Source: Rhizodiscina lignyota (taxonomy: Eukaryota). From it: a stretch of DNA of 64,000 nucleotides. The position numbers and the translations under genes were made by a program. How positions within the stretch are numbered: the stretch's first letter is position 1; each line of letters begins with the position of its first letter. The stretch covers positions 744,001 through 808,000 of the forward strand of contig ML978124.1 of the NCBI GenBank assembly GCA_010015805.1, in the 5' to 3' direction. This document shows, piece after piece, positions 35,990 through 48,760 of this stretch. The notes beneath the pieces were generated by a model. That model saw nothing but the letters and a program-made list of their open reading frames with translations. It did no database searches and was not told the DNA's origin.

Positions 35990-37084
35990 CTTTAAGGAGG
36001 AAGCCGTTGTAGCTAAGAAAGGAAAGTGCAAATGACAAGACTGAGTTTGATCTTTCTCTATTGGAGTACGGAATATAGAAAGCACTGAGAGGCGAGATAT
36101 GGCGAATATCAATACATATACCACCCTATTACGTAGGCTCAGCTCAACGCAAAGATCACAATCGATAGGCAGAAATGGCATTCTGGGCGGACTCGAATTT
36201 GGAAGGTGACGACATTTGCCAGTATTCGGACCCTGTTGAGCACCGCATCCGCAGGAGTGGGAGTGCTAAGCACACGAAGAGTGGGCACGAGGGAGCTTGT
36301 TTGCACGTCGTACATAGAGGCAGGTCCCGTGTAGCCTGTCAGAAAGGCACAATGAGGTATCCGCTCGCGTCGAACCCGGTCATCTGCCGTTGTCAAGCAA
36401 CAGCGGAGTCCGTTAGCTGCCTGCATGATAAAGCTTGTCTCAACCTTGATGCTGATCGAAGCGCATGTTGCTATGAGCCTCTGCTTCTGTTGATTACTGC
36501 AGTACTTTCGCCGTCAGAGCTGCGAGATCTGCAGATATTGCTTTTATATCGCTCGGTCTCGATCTCTGCAGAAGGCCGAATGACCTTCGGGGGCTTTCAG
36601 GGTCCGACATGGGCGATGAGCCTCCAAGCGAGGCTCTACAGCTAAAATCCCAGTATATGACATTTTCGAAAAGGATGCTATGTCATTTGATATCGGTGCC
36701 GAACTCGTATTCAGACCCTTCTGGCGTCAGTGAGGGTCAAGGTGCATTGATTGAGGGTCTGGCAGGGCTGGGAGCTCGATCAGAGCCGTCGGGCGAAGTA
36801 TTTTTCCGCGAGAATGACGTTTTAACGTCACCTTTCTATCGTCGGCCCCGATCGACCCCAAGTGACATCGAAATCAGCAAATTATGGGATTTGGATCATT
36901 TAGGGGAAGGTGCTGCATGTCTAACTAGTGCCAGGTCAACCTGGTGGAAACAGAAACGCGACTTTCTGCCAAGTCTTGACCGCAATCACCGATGGACTGC
37001 AATAGACCGACTCTTTCAGAGCTTCAACCCACATCGACTCTCACAGAAATTGGGAGAATTCCAGATGGCACCTAGTCCGCCTTC

Positions 37085-38440
37085 TTATACAACTTTTTCG
37101 TCCACGAAACTCGCGATGGTGTCCTCAGAATAACCCAGCTCCGTCAGAACATCAGAAGTATGTTGGCCAAGAGATGGAGCCGGCGCCTTTGTCCCAAATT
37201 CGGAACCGCTGAACTTGACCGGTGTACCAATCATCTTGAGCTTCCCACCATCTATCAAATCGCTGTCGACCGTATCGACCATCTTTCGCGGCTCTATCTG
37301 CGGGTGCTTGAATACTCTTTCAATACTGTTCACTGAACCGTAGGCGAGTCCGCTTCCACTCAGAATCTCGCACCACTCGTCAGTCGTCTTCTCCCGCATA
37401 ATCGCGTTCATGACCTCATCCATCGCAGCTCGGTTTTCAACTCGCTTCGGGTTGCTTGAAAAACGTTCGTCCTCAAGCAGGTCTGGCCGATTAATCCTTT
37501 CGGTCAAGGTCCGAAACTGTCTCTCATTGTTCGCTCCCATGGTGAGCCAACCGTCTTTCGTCTCGAAGGTATTATAGGGCACGATGCTTGGATGAGCAGC
37601 ACCCCACCTCTGCCCCTCGATGCCTGCATTCAGCCAGTTCAACCCCACGTTTATTAACAGCGAAACCTGCGTTTCAAATAGTGATGCATCGATCTTCTGA
37701 CCGCGTCCCGTCTGATCGCGCTCTCTTAGCGCGGCCATGATAGCTCCGTGCGTGTACAGGCCAGTAGACATGTCTGTCATACCAAGGCCAGGACGAACAG
37801 GACCCCGACCAGGCTCGCCGGTGATATGCATAAGACCACCTTCTGCTGCTGCAATAGCATCGTATCCGGCCCTTTTGGCGTACGGCCCGGTAGATCCATA
37901 ACCGCAGATTGACGCATAAATGAGCGAGGGATTGATTTCGCTAAGCTTCTCGTACCCTACACCCAATTCATCCGCCTTACCAGGAAGAAAGTTCTCTACA
38001 ACGACGTCCGCTGATTTCGCGAGGTCATACAATATTTTCCTTGCCTTTTCCTTCTTGAGATCCAGTGTCAACGAGCGCTTGTTCCGATTGACACTACAGA
38101 AGTAGAAAGACATTGGCGATGTGGATTTCCATATCTTTTCTTCGGCTCTTGTTTTCCAATGCCTTGTGTCATCTCCCAGGCCAGGTTGTTCGACTTTGAT
38201 AACGTCGGCGCCATAGTCGGCGAGAATTTGAGTGCAGAATGGACCAGCTAGGATGCGTGAGAGATCTAGCACGCGCAGTCCTGCTAGCGGCCCCTTTTTC
38301 AAGTCTCTGTCTTGTGAAGTAGATAATAATCGAAATGAATTAAAGATGTGGGGGTGTTGCGGAAATTGTTGTGATCGGAGGGATGATCCAGACCATGCCC
38401 GCCAGGTCAACCTGCATGGAGCTGCAGCAGCTTTCAACAT
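37085..38440 (-). CDS. Family III (CaiB/BaiF) CoA-transferase, SUGCT-like, with presequence-like N-terminus
   Basis: GPLAGLRVLDLSRILAGPFCTQILADYGADVIKVE, GDDTR, NRNKRS, DVVVENF, GYDAIAAAEGGLM, PSLGQHT. Confidence 0.95.
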   Translation of the reverse strand: MLKAAAAPCRLTWRAWSGSSLRSQQFPQHPHIFNSFRLLSTSQDRDLKKGPLAGLRVLDLSRILAGPFCTQILADYGADVIKVEQPGLGDDTRHWKTRAEEKIWKSTSPMSFYFCSVNRNKRSLTLDLKKEKARKILYDLAKSADVVVENFLPGKADELGVGYEKLSEINPSLIYASICGYGSTGPYAKRAGYDAIAAAEGGLMHITGEPGRGPVRPGLGMTDMSTGLYTHGAIMAALRERDQTGRGQKIDASLFETQVSLLINVGLNWLNAGIEGQRWGAAHPSIVPYNTFETKDGWLTMGANNERQFRTLTERINRPDLLEDERFSSNPKRVENRAAMDEVMNAIMREKTTDEWCEILSGSGLAYGSVNSIERVFKHPQIEPRKMVDTVDSDLIDGGKLKMIGTPVKFSGSEFGTKAPAPSLGQHTSDVLTELGYSEDTIASFVDEKVV

Positions 38441-38669
38441 CTTCCCAAGCTCTTAGCTCTACACAAACGTCCCGTTCTTTAAGACATAGATCTAATAATA
38501 ATGCTCAAAAATGAAGAAGTGAAGACCAAGATCTTAGTTTCCGCGGAATCATCGCGATCGGTAATTCTCGGCCAAACCCCGCATGGAACGAAGCTAGCCG
38601 GCCCTTTTTCGAGCATTCTTTATTTTGCGTGTGCCAGACAACTGTGATGATGAAAATGATTGTTCCAAT

Positions 38670-40031
38670 ATGTTTGCAAGGATTTCGAGACTGATATGCA
38701 CAAGATCTAGCTCTATTATCTCAACTCGACAGCCTACTTTTCGCCATTTAAAGGCTCTTCCGACAATACAACAGCGGGCGAACCATGGCATAGCTCAAGA
38801 ATACCTTCCATCTGGTCAGCCAGACTTTACAGAATCTCAACGGACGGTGCGCGAGGCTATTTCAAAAATCTGCGAGAGTTTTCCAGACGAGTACTGGCTA
38901 TCATGCGATGAGGCGAAGCGATGGCCATCCGAGTTCACGGACGCAATTGCAAAGGATGGATGGTTAGGTATATGCATGCCGTCTGAATATGGAGGATCCG
39001 AGCTCGGAATTGCCGATGTATGTAGGAATTCGAACCTCCTAAGCTTTCGTTAACATTCCTTCTAGGCTACGACAATGCTCCAAACAATCGCCGAGTCTGG
39101 CGCTGGATTCACAGGCACATCTGCAATTCATATGAACATCTTCGGCCTCGCCCCCGTTGTCAAATACGGCACTCAGGAGCAAAAGGAACGTTTCCTCCCT
39201 CCCTTAATTCAAGGCAAGGACCGTGCCTGTTTTGCAGTCACAGAGCCCAATACCGGCCTCGACACGCTCAAACTCCAGTCATTGGCCACCAAAAACGCTG
39301 ATGGCTCCTACACCCTCAAGGGCTCAAAGATCTGGACTTCGACCGCCCAGCGCGCGAACAAGGTCCTCATAATCGCGCGCACAACTCCCTTGGACCAAGT
39401 CACCAAACCATCCCAAGGCCTCTCACTCTTCTACACAGACATCGACAGGAGTGCCGTCGACGTCAAAGAGATCCCGAAAATGGGCCGCGGCGCCGTCGAC
39501 ACCAATTCCTTGCACTTCGAGGCGTGGCAGGTCCCTGAGCGCGATCGCATTGGGCCTGAGGGATCAGGCTTCAAATCCATCTTGCACGGTATGAACGCCG
39601 AGCGCATCTTGTTGTCCGGAGAAGCAATCGGGCTCGGATTCGCTGCTCTCCGCCGCGCCACCCGATACGCGAATGAGCGACATGTGTTCGGGCGGCCGAT
39701 TGGCAAGAACCAGGGCATCCAACACCCGCTCGCCGAGTCGTGGGTTGAGTTGGAGGCGGCTCGATTGATGATCTACCAGGCGGCGAGAATGTACGACGGT
39801 GGTATGGAGACGGGTGAGTATGCGAATGCGGCGAAGTACGCAGCTGGAGAGGCGGCATGGAGGGCGTGCGAGCGAGCCGTGATGGCTCATGGTGGGATGG
39901 GGTATGCGAAAGAGTATCATGTCGAGCGGTATCTGAGAGAGGTGCTGATTCCAAGACTCGCGCCTGTATCGAAGGAGATGTGCTTGAACTATATTGGAGA
40001 GAGGGTATTGGGATTACCAAAATCGTACTGA
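38670..40031 (+). CDS. Acyl-CoA dehydrogenase (intron 39018-39065) with presequence-like N-terminus
   Basis: GWLGICMPSEYGGSELG, FAVTEPNTGLD, LKGSKIWTS, MNAERI, RHVFGRPIGKNQGIQH, HGGMGYAKEYHVERYLRE. Confidence 0.95.
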
Positions 40032-40102
40032 GGATATATTCTTCCTGTCATGGTTTGGCGACATATCTCTCAATGTATGAATATATATCTCTTGCGCATA
40101 TC

Positions 40103-40883
40103 TTATAGCTCTTTCTTCGTGTCCGCGCCCACCTTCATCTCTGTCTTGCCATCCTCCCGGCCTTTGGCCTTTGCTTTCTCCACTCTCGATTGCTGGACCA
40201 GTATCCATACCGCCCAACTCGCTTCTGCGACCATCTTTATGACCGCCGCACAGGCAATGCCCCATACTTGTATGCTGATGCTCCCGCGCGGGGCGCGAGG
40301 GAACGAGAGCAGCCATTCGACGTACCACGGCGCCCAGCCCGCCGGTACCCAGAAGAGTGGGGAGCGCGAGTAGTAGTATTGTGGGAAGAGGCGCAGGAAA
40401 GTGGTCAGGAGGAAACGAATAGTGCTGCATGTGGTGTTGAACGATGACTTGCTGCTCTGTAGGCTCGAGGCTAGTATTGCGACGATAAGTTTATGCTCGT
40501 AATCGTAATCCGTATAAGGTGTAGATCTAGCCCAGGGTAAAAGACATACTTGCTTTGTCATGTTCCGCAGCCGCCTTGTCATGCTGCCGTCTCAGCTTCG
40601 CCCATTTGGAGAACTCGTCTTGCGCAGACGTGGCGTTCAGTTCACGCTGAAGGCGCACAACCTCACGTCTCAACTGCGTTGCTTGGGCGAATGATTTCGA
40701 ATGTGAGGAAAACGGAGATTTGTTATATAGCATCCATAGCTATTTATGTATCAGTCAAAGTGTCCGTTGGTCTCAGAATAGGACAGTTGGAAAACGTACC
40801 AGCTCATTCAATGTAGATGCGCCAACGGTATTTAGAACGTGCAGGAAGAGCTGCAGGACGAATACCCCGAGGAGGAGCGACAT
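40103..40883 (-). CDS. GET1: Guided entry of tail-anchored proteins factor Get1 (multi-exon)
   Basis: MSLLLGVFVLQLFLHVLNTVGASTLNEL, ELNATSAQDEFSKWAKLRRQHDK, PLFWVPAGWAPWYVEWLLSFPRAPRGSISIQVW. Confidence 0.93.
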
Positions 40884-41099
40884 GGTGATAGCAAAGGTTC
40901 GGCAACTTTGAACAATGCCAGTTTCGAAATGTTCCGGCCGAAGTCAAGACAGATATTGGATTGTGTATGGTGATGGGTTTCAACCTTAGGCCTTGGCGTG
41001 TGGAAGCTTTTGGGCAGTGACCTCATCCCTTCATTCGCGAACCTCACCTTACGCAGCAACCGGCATCCAAACTGCCTGAGACCTAGAAAATGCATAGCA

Positions 41100-42378
41100 A
41101 TGCCCGATGTACCGAAAATCCCGTCAACCTCGCCTTACAAGGTCCTATCCGATGTCTTCGAGAAGAACAAAGATAGTATCCTTGAAATAGAGGTGCTGGG
41201 CTCAGAAGTCCCTCTGCCTGAAGGACAGCTGATTCTTCAAGATGGACTTTGTGTCGGCATCCCCAAGAAAGTCCTTGCCAAAGCCTTTGTCGAGGCCAGG
41301 GCAATATTCATGACGAGAAACCATGAGAGGGTAGAAAATGTAAGATTTCGTCTGTTAGTTTGCAAATTTTAAGTCGTTCATACAATATGTCCAAACTCCG
41401 TCTTACTTCTGATATATATCTTGTCCTGAGACTTTCTTGGTCATCTAAATTTTTTATCTTTCTCCGCATAACGTTTCTCGATGACAGGAAGCTATACTAG
41501 CCGCCACAAAAGTGATCCTCCTCTTCGATCCCGAATATCTCACCGCGTCGAACTATCGCAAAGAGCGCTTCGCCGTATGCGCAGGGAGACTCGGGGAGCT
41601 TACAGAGCGCCGAGAAACGGTCAACTCCTGTCGCGACACCGAAATGGTGGACCAGGAGCTGATGCTGGAAATGAACTTCCTCGACTCAATCCTCACCTCA
41701 CCGTTACATCGCCAAACGAAATCGCCCACTCTGTGGTATCACCGCTTTTGGATTGTTTCGAGCACGATCCTCCCACTGCACTCTACCACTTTGTTGGGCA
41801 CAGGTTCGCGGCCTGACTTTCACGAGACGAAAAAGAGGCGTGATCTTCAGCAGATGAAAGACTTACTGGAGAGGGAGATGGCCGTCGTTTTCAAAGCAGC
41901 GGAACGACACCCGCATAACTACTACGCATGGCAGTACCTCCGACGCCTGCTTGAAGTGTTCACGGACGAGGAACTTCCCGAATACTTCGCTACGCAGAAG
42001 TTCAATGTCAGCCTTAAGATCCGCAGCGAACTTCCCATTGCAGTGCTGTCTTGGTGTCTGGCAAACCCAAGCGACGCATCTGGCTGGTCCTTCCTGACAT
42101 ACTTCGTATACAGCCGGTGGCTTGCTCCAACCCCTGAAAAGACGGACGAAATCATCTTGCATGTGATGCAATTCATAATGAATGTCCGATGGATGGGAGA
42201 AGCAGTATGGACCTTTCTAAAGCTGGCCCCGCGGCAGTCCACTGAGCGGTTTCGAGATGCGATTCTAGAGTTTGGGAGAGCCGTACAACAATTCGAGAGT
42301 TCCAGGCACGTAGAAAAGGCCATTGCATGGATGGAAAAGGACCATAGCGACGTTCAAATGTCTAGCGCCGCACTGTAG
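41100..42378 (+). CDS. Protein prenyltransferase alpha-subunit repeat protein (PTAR1/Ecm9-like; intron 41340-41487)
   Basis: ILEIEVL, LLFDPEYLTASNYRK, LTSPLHRQTKSPTLWYHR, AAERHPHNYYAWQYLR, NPSDASGWSFL. Confidence 0.85.
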
Positions 42379-42557
42379 CTGGAAGCCTCGAACTCACTCG
42401 GTGGCAGCGCCGGATATCCGCATCGTCCAGAGCCGATAACGTAGAAGAGGAGTAAACGAATATCAAGATGCCATTGAATTTCAACGCGCCTTCAAATGCT
42501 CAAGACACAAACGCCTAGTTCCATGCAATGCAGCCATATCCACATCATACTCTCCAA

Positions 42558-43668
42558 TCAAGCCACCGCACCACCCCTCAAACCCCCCAAAATCCCCGCC
42601 GCAATCTCCCCCGCCCTCCTCTCCACGCCCATCAAATCCATCGTGCCAGCCGCCTTCTGCAGCCCCGCCACCACCTCGGCATCATCGCCCACCTCGGCCA
42701 TCACCATTGCTTCCTGCGTCCAGTAATACTCCAGCCGCTCCCGCAGCCCCTTGTCTCGCATCACCGCGTTCCGCAGCGCCCCCAGCGCCCCCAGCTTCTG
42801 GCTGTGCGCCTCCACCACCCGCGTGATGTCCTCGACGCGCTCTGACGGCGCGGCGTGCGGGGAGACGAATGCGCGCCGCGTCGCGGAGAGGTATATCACC
42901 CCCGAGAAGCAAAGGTCTGCGGCTGCGAGCGCGACGTAGCGGATCGTCCGCGCGGTCCAGAAGAAATGCGATATGTCAAGCCGCGTTGTGGCGCTCACGT
43001 TCGCGGTGTAGTCCCATCTTCCTACCACCGCAGCTTCCACGACCGCGAGCCCCGCGCCCAGCATCGCAGCCTGCGAGCGCCATCTCGCAGCGTCCGGACC
43101 GGCGACGAGCTCCGACGTGCACAAGCCAAGAATAATGAGGTGCACGAGATGCGGGATCAGCATCGCAGGCAGCGCATACAGGAAGAAGCTCCTCGGCGTA
43201 TCGGTCGCGCAGAAGGGACAGTTCGCCAGCGGATCCGGGCCGAATTGAAAGTACAGCAGCCGCCCATCTCTTGTCTGGAACCTATCCTTCAGCGCCAGGT
43301 CTGCGTCTGTGAGGCCATTCTCGCCCCGCAGAGCCTTCAGCCGCGCGAAGACGACGTCGGTGGAGGTCTGGATGCGGGACTGCGTGAGGGTGAAGATGTT
43401 CTCTGGCGCGAAGGTGGGCAGGGAGAGAACTAGGAAGATGAGGGTGGAGAGGAAGAGGATGTTGAGGGCGCGCTGGGCGGAGGGGGGAAGAGGGCGGATG
43501 CGAGAGGAGCGGGAGGAGGCGCGGAAGGAGCGGTAGAAGGATAGGACGAGGCCGATGAGCTTGGGGAGGAGAAGAGGACCCAGGGTGTAGATGAGGCTGT
43601 ATTTGAGGTGTTAGCTTATGCCTTAAAGAGAGAGGGGCTTGGAGACTTTTGTACCCTTTCCACTCCAT
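42558..43668 (-). CDS. Conserved fungal membrane protein of unknown function (one short intron after MEWKG)
   Basis: Spliced frame LGPLLLPKL...PENIFTLTQSRIQT...LLYFQFGPDPLANCPFC continues into ORF 42558-43163; hydrophobic segments present. Confidence 0.8.
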
Positions 43669-44246
43669 GGTGGAGCGAGAGATATTATGGTTGCAATGTT
43701 GTGATATGAAATGTAGATGTGGAGGTTGACGATGAGAACAGTTAAGCTTTAACGCTTCGTAGGGCTGACCTTCACCCCTGATCCTTGCAAGCAGCCACTG
43801 CCAAGCGGAGCTCCGACCGCCGCTTCTAAGCTATAAATTTTCAGACGTCATCTCTTCAACACACAAACCGACAGATCGTAAGAATTTGCATCAACGAACA
43901 TATATTGAATGTTCAATCGTGAATCATTATACTGTCATTGGCGCTATCGAAGACTCGGCGATCTTAACCCCACGGTCACGAGTTCAAATTGACCGCCTAG
44001 AGCAAAGCCCATTAGGGCGTTCGGGAACAAGCCAAAATCGTCCCGTATCTCGCTCGTGTTACAGTATCTGAGCTTCGGCATTGAGGATGCTGCGTCAATT
44101 TGTCGAGAAACATACCAGACCAGAAAGAGATAGTTGTGAGAGGGGATGGAAGTACGTGTAGTTAATGGGTATTCGTGTATCATGTCTATCGTGTCTATTA
44201 CAGAGACTAGTACCGCAAGATTACTTTTGAGTGTGAGAAAATCCAA

Positions 44247-45919
44247 TTAAGCGCTATACTGCCGCTCAATCTCCCTCCACTTCTTCTCCCGCTCCTTCTG
44301 TTCATCTGCTGCCTTCCTCACCATTTCCTCCCTCTTGCGAACAGCTTCCTCTCCGATGCCCTTCACTCCCTTCACGCGCTGTCGTTCTTCGTACATCATC
44401 CTCCCCTTCAGGATACGGTCCACTATCTCACCAGCATTGATGTGTTTGTACTCGTGGGGAGGGAGCTCGTGGTAGATGCCCAGTTGCTTGGCCTCGTCGT
44501 ACGGATTGTAGGTGGTGGGCATGAAGGTAGTCGGGCCGTGGTAGATGGCAGCTGGTATTCCATACGGCAGAGATTTCAGAAAAGAGGTTGTTAGTGAGAG
44601 GGGCGAGTTGAACAACAATGCGTGTATGTACTACAAGCAACGTCAGGCCTACTTCGAGGGACGAGAGGGTAGAAGGGTGAATTGCTTACAGCGCATTGTA
44701 ACACACACAGTCCACGCTCGAAGATGTTCATGATAGGGTAGTTGATTCCTTTCCAGTAGTTCACCGTCTCATCGTCGTGCACACCAGCGATGACAAAGAC
44801 CGGACCGTAGTCCTCGCCGGTCTCCTTGATGCGCTTCTCTTTCGCAGCATCTTCATACCATCCTTTCTTCCTCCCCTTCTCCTCCTCTGTCTTGAGCACC
44901 GACTTCAAAAATTCGATGTGTCCTGTCGAAAATAGATCCCACCCACCATCGACAAACACCACCCGCTGGTCTGGTCGAGGCGGGTTTCCCTCTACCATTT
45001 TTGCAATTGACCCCTTCGCTTCTGGCAGTTTTTGAAGGTTCCCACCATTTCTGGCTGCACTTGCGCTGCTCCTCCTTCTTGGCATTGGAGGATGCTGCTT
45101 TCCCTTGTCCGCCTTCCACACCCACACTTCCGGACCGGGCTTGAGTCCGCTCTCATCACTTGCATACTCTCTGATCCGCTCCTTCATGTCCACGCCTTTG
45201 CCTCTCCTTTCTTGCTCACCTCCGTCACCCTCCTCGCCATCGAGCACCGCCTCTAAATTGCGGATGTGATGCGTCTTTGTGCACAGCAGCATCCTGCCCA
45301 CCAAGTCCGTTGTGCTGATGCCCGGTGTTCTCTTCACCACCTTAAACCTTCCTGCGTCCTTCACGAAGCGATAACAATCGTTTCCGTCTGCATCGCTGGT
45401 GATGTCGTCACCGTGGACGACGTACTTGCAGCCATAGTGGGATATCCACGGAAGCGATGTGACGTATGGCGCATCCGGGATGGACTGGGTAGTCCAACGG
45501 CATGCATCCACTGCGGCGCAGCGCTCACGGAGTGTCATGACCGTTGGGCCTTTATTCTCGAGGATGGCAGCATCGGAATGTATGCCGACGAGGAGAGTGG
45601 TGCCGAGACGGCGAGCCTGGAGGCAGGCTCCTGCATGGCCTGGGCGAAGGTGCGACTGTTAGTGCTGGCCCTTAACTTCAAGCACATGGACTGTCCAGGA
45701 GCATACCATGGTGGCTAAAGTCGAAGCAGCCATCGATCCATATGCGATCATCGGATACTGGCACATCTTCCTGCGGGTCGACGGGCCATTGTCCAGGCCT
45801 GGGGATCAAGTTACCCAGCTCATCCTTGGGGCAGAACACGGTCAGCTCTTGCTCCCAGGAATTTTCCGAGCGCATAGCGTGGAGAATGTTCAACGTACTC
45901 TTGCGTCACCTGCAGCCAT
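44247..45919 (-). CDS. ECT1: Ethanolamine-phosphate cytidylyltransferase (two CT domains, 4 exons)
   Basis: RIWIDGCFDFSHHGHAGA, NKGPTVMTL.ER, VVHGDD, VKRTPGISTTDLVGRMLL; second domain VDGGWDLFSTGHIEFL, KGINYPIMNIFERGLCVLQC. Confidence 0.93.
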
Positions 45920-46517
45920 TTTTCGATTGGGTCAAATTCAGTGTGGGATTGGTGCGCGAGTGGCGAATGTCACCTCATTTCGAAGGCGGTCGGGACAGAG
46001 TTGGCAATCACGGCGAAGGCAGGTGCGAAGTCGATGGCAGAGGAAGTCGCAGTTGGAGCTCTTACCGCTTGTTCGTGGCACGGTGGCCTGGTGACATGCG
46101 CGTCGCACGTGGGGCTACGAGGCGCCTTCAGGTTGGTGGGGAAGCTGGACCCTGCCGTGCCTCGCTGCAGCAAAGCGAGCCGAGCTCAGGGGCAGCGCCT
46201 GCCTCGCCGCCAGCAGAGTCGTACCACCTGTCAAGTGCTGCCAGGCGCTTCTCGTGCGTCCTACGAGCGCGACATACAGACGTCGGCGATATACAGCACA
46301 GCTCACAATGACTCGCAGGGCGAGACGATGATCGGCTCTCAACCACGAAAATTCTCCGACGCCTGGAAGGGGATCCCGGCGGTCGAGCGCAGGCCCGTCA
46401 AACCATCGCTTCAGACCCCTGAACTCCCTTGCTGCCGTCCTCTCCCCTCCGTCCCGTCCTGCGTGTCCAATCTTAACGTGTCAGAAGAGAGCAGGAGCTG
46501 TCTTCCCTGCGCCGGGC

Positions 46518-48175
46518 ATGCCGACCACTTCGCACTCATCCTCTGCCCAAGCCACGCCTTCGACTTCATATGGAGCAGGAGGCCTCTTCGCCCGCAAGTC
46601 CTCTCTCTTCACCAGCGGCAGGAACAAGGCCGACGCCCACCTCCCGCTCACCTCTCCTCCTCACGCGAGCAGCAACCTCGCGCCTGCTCCGCTTCTGACG
46701 CACCAGAGGGACAAGAGCAGCAGCAGTCGTGAAATCTCGCCGACCCGGAGGAAGACCACGTCGAGCCGCCACAGTCTCTCCTCCTCCGTCACTGACTTTG
46801 GCGCTACCATACGACGCTCTGCTTCGTTACGATCCACCTCAGCGCGCTCACCTTCATCCACGACGCTCGCGCTCCCTGGGCCAGGCGCCACTGACGGGAC
46901 TCTATCACCTCCACTCTCAAATCCGGCCGCCAAGTCCACCCTCTCGCTCACCTCCTTTGCCCGGCGCAAAAAGTCCATCGAGAGCGTCAAGTCCCTCAAG
47001 CTCTCCCAGAGCCTGTCCGCCCCGCCAGACGGATCGTTCCCGGCGCTCGACAAATCTGGCATGGCAATGACTGCGTCGATGACCTCAGTCCAGTACCGCC
47101 AGATACCGCAGAGACCATCTGGGACGTCGCATTCGAATGTCGGCTTTGGCGAGAGCAAGGGCGGAGGTATGTCAGGCTCAGCACCACTCGTGCCAGCTTT
47201 ACCAGCTGGCGCGGCAGCGGCGGCGGGGATACAGAATCCAAATGTCACATTTAATCACATCCAGGATACGGCGGCAAAGCGCATCAATACGCTGGACTAC
47301 CTCCGAAAAGCGTGCGTGACCTTGTTCGTGCTTTTCGCTTTTGCTTCTTCTCCCTGGCATCAATCAAGTACGTTACTAATTTAACTGAAAACAGACACGA
47401 AGGGCGCATATACTGGTTTAATACCCTCCTCTTCACCTCGGCCGACCTCCGGCGTCTCCCCTCCTTTGAACCGCGCAAGCTCGCCCGCAGAGCAACAAAC
47501 TATCTCCTCCTAGGCTTCTCCCTCCCGCAGATCCTCGACCTGAACTCCCAAACCCCACTAGAGTTTCTCCGCGCGCTCAACGCCCTCTTCGCAGAGTTCG
47601 AAACGTACCAATCCCTCCACCCTTCAGACGGCAGCAACAGCGGCAGTCTCTCGCGAGCACGCATCCCCAACATGTTCAAGCGCGGCATGCAAGCCGCCGC
47701 CGGGAGCAGCAAGAGCAGGCGAGCGAGTTCAGCGACAGACATTGGCTTCACGCCTCCCGGCGACGTGCCTGAGCCCACAAGCGCGGTATCAAGCCAGCCA
47801 CCCATGGGCTTCCCGCCACCTGTGAGCTCGACGACAATCCCGTCTGCGGACCCGGCGTTCAGCGCGGAGACGCACCTCCCTAGCGAGAGTTATAGTCTGC
47901 TGGTGACGCCGAGTCTGCCGTTCGATCCGGATTTCGCGGAGACGTTTGCTACGCTGTGCGATGTGCTGATCGATGTGTATCGCGGCATCGTGGAGCTCGT
48001 GAATGTGCCGGAGAAGGTGGGCCCGGGGATCGGCGAGCTGTTCACCAAGGCCGACGCAAGAGTGCGGAAGATACTCGTCGCGGGCATCGTCAGGGAGTTC
48101 GAAGACGTCACGAGGACAGGGGTGAAGCAGGAGGTTGGTGGCGTGGGGAGGGTTGTCTTGGGCGGACTGATGTGA
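46518..48175 (+). CDS. Conserved fungal hypothetical protein (intron about 47311-47395)
   Basis: KRINTLDYLRKA|HEGRIYWFNT...LVTPSLPFDPDFAETFATLCDVLIDVY joins in frame after splicing. Confidence 0.85.
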
Positions 48176-48760
48176 GGCAATATATCTATGCTCATTTTTT
48201 CGTATGTCTGAGGGGAGTCCCATGATAGCATTTAGATGGGGTTGGGGCGATGACTCTTGCATTTGTTCCTGGGTGGTCTTGCATCAGCGCATGGCATTCG
48301 CATGGTGTTTGGGGAGCTCTTGTGTTGTGTGCTTTTCTGGGAACGGGGCTGCTGGAGCTGCCTTCGAGCGAGTTTCTTGGATTGGGGATGGTTGCTGAGC
48401 GTCATATGTCTGCTATTTAGTCGCACGGTTGTCTACCTAGTAAAGGAACGTGGGTGACAGAACAGCTGAGCCCAATGGAAGTTGAAATGGTCCAGCAAAC
48501 ACAAGTTTTGCTCTTCCGCTCAGGCGAGAGCATCGTCGAAAGCTCTGTTTTATATAGCGTGACCGATGTTTATTAAGAGCGTACAGCTTTAATAAACCCG
48601 ATTTGCCTCTATCATAGTCCCTGTGCACTTCAACCGATCCATATATTACAGCTTTGGGTCAACCCTTTCGACATTCCCGATAGTCGCTCTCCCATGACGG
48701 CCCAGCATCGATGTGATTAGCTTAGGACTCTCCGAAGCGAAGCAACCATAAGCCTAAAGC

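Noticed and set aside
35990..36181. In-frame upstream extension of the MFS ORF
   Set aside because: The sequence looks like promoter/UTR (TATA-like and AT-rich); the ATG at 35989 gives a typical DHA1 N-terminus.
36609..37133. 174-aa + strand ORF between the MFS and CoA-transferase genes
   Set aside because: It has no motif, overlaps the CoA-transferase 3' end and lies in the probable MFS upstream region.
44900..44960. Degenerate HxGH motif (STGH) in the second ECT1 domain
   Set aside because: Divergence of the second cytidylyltransferase domain is expected in this family and does not indicate pseudogenisation.
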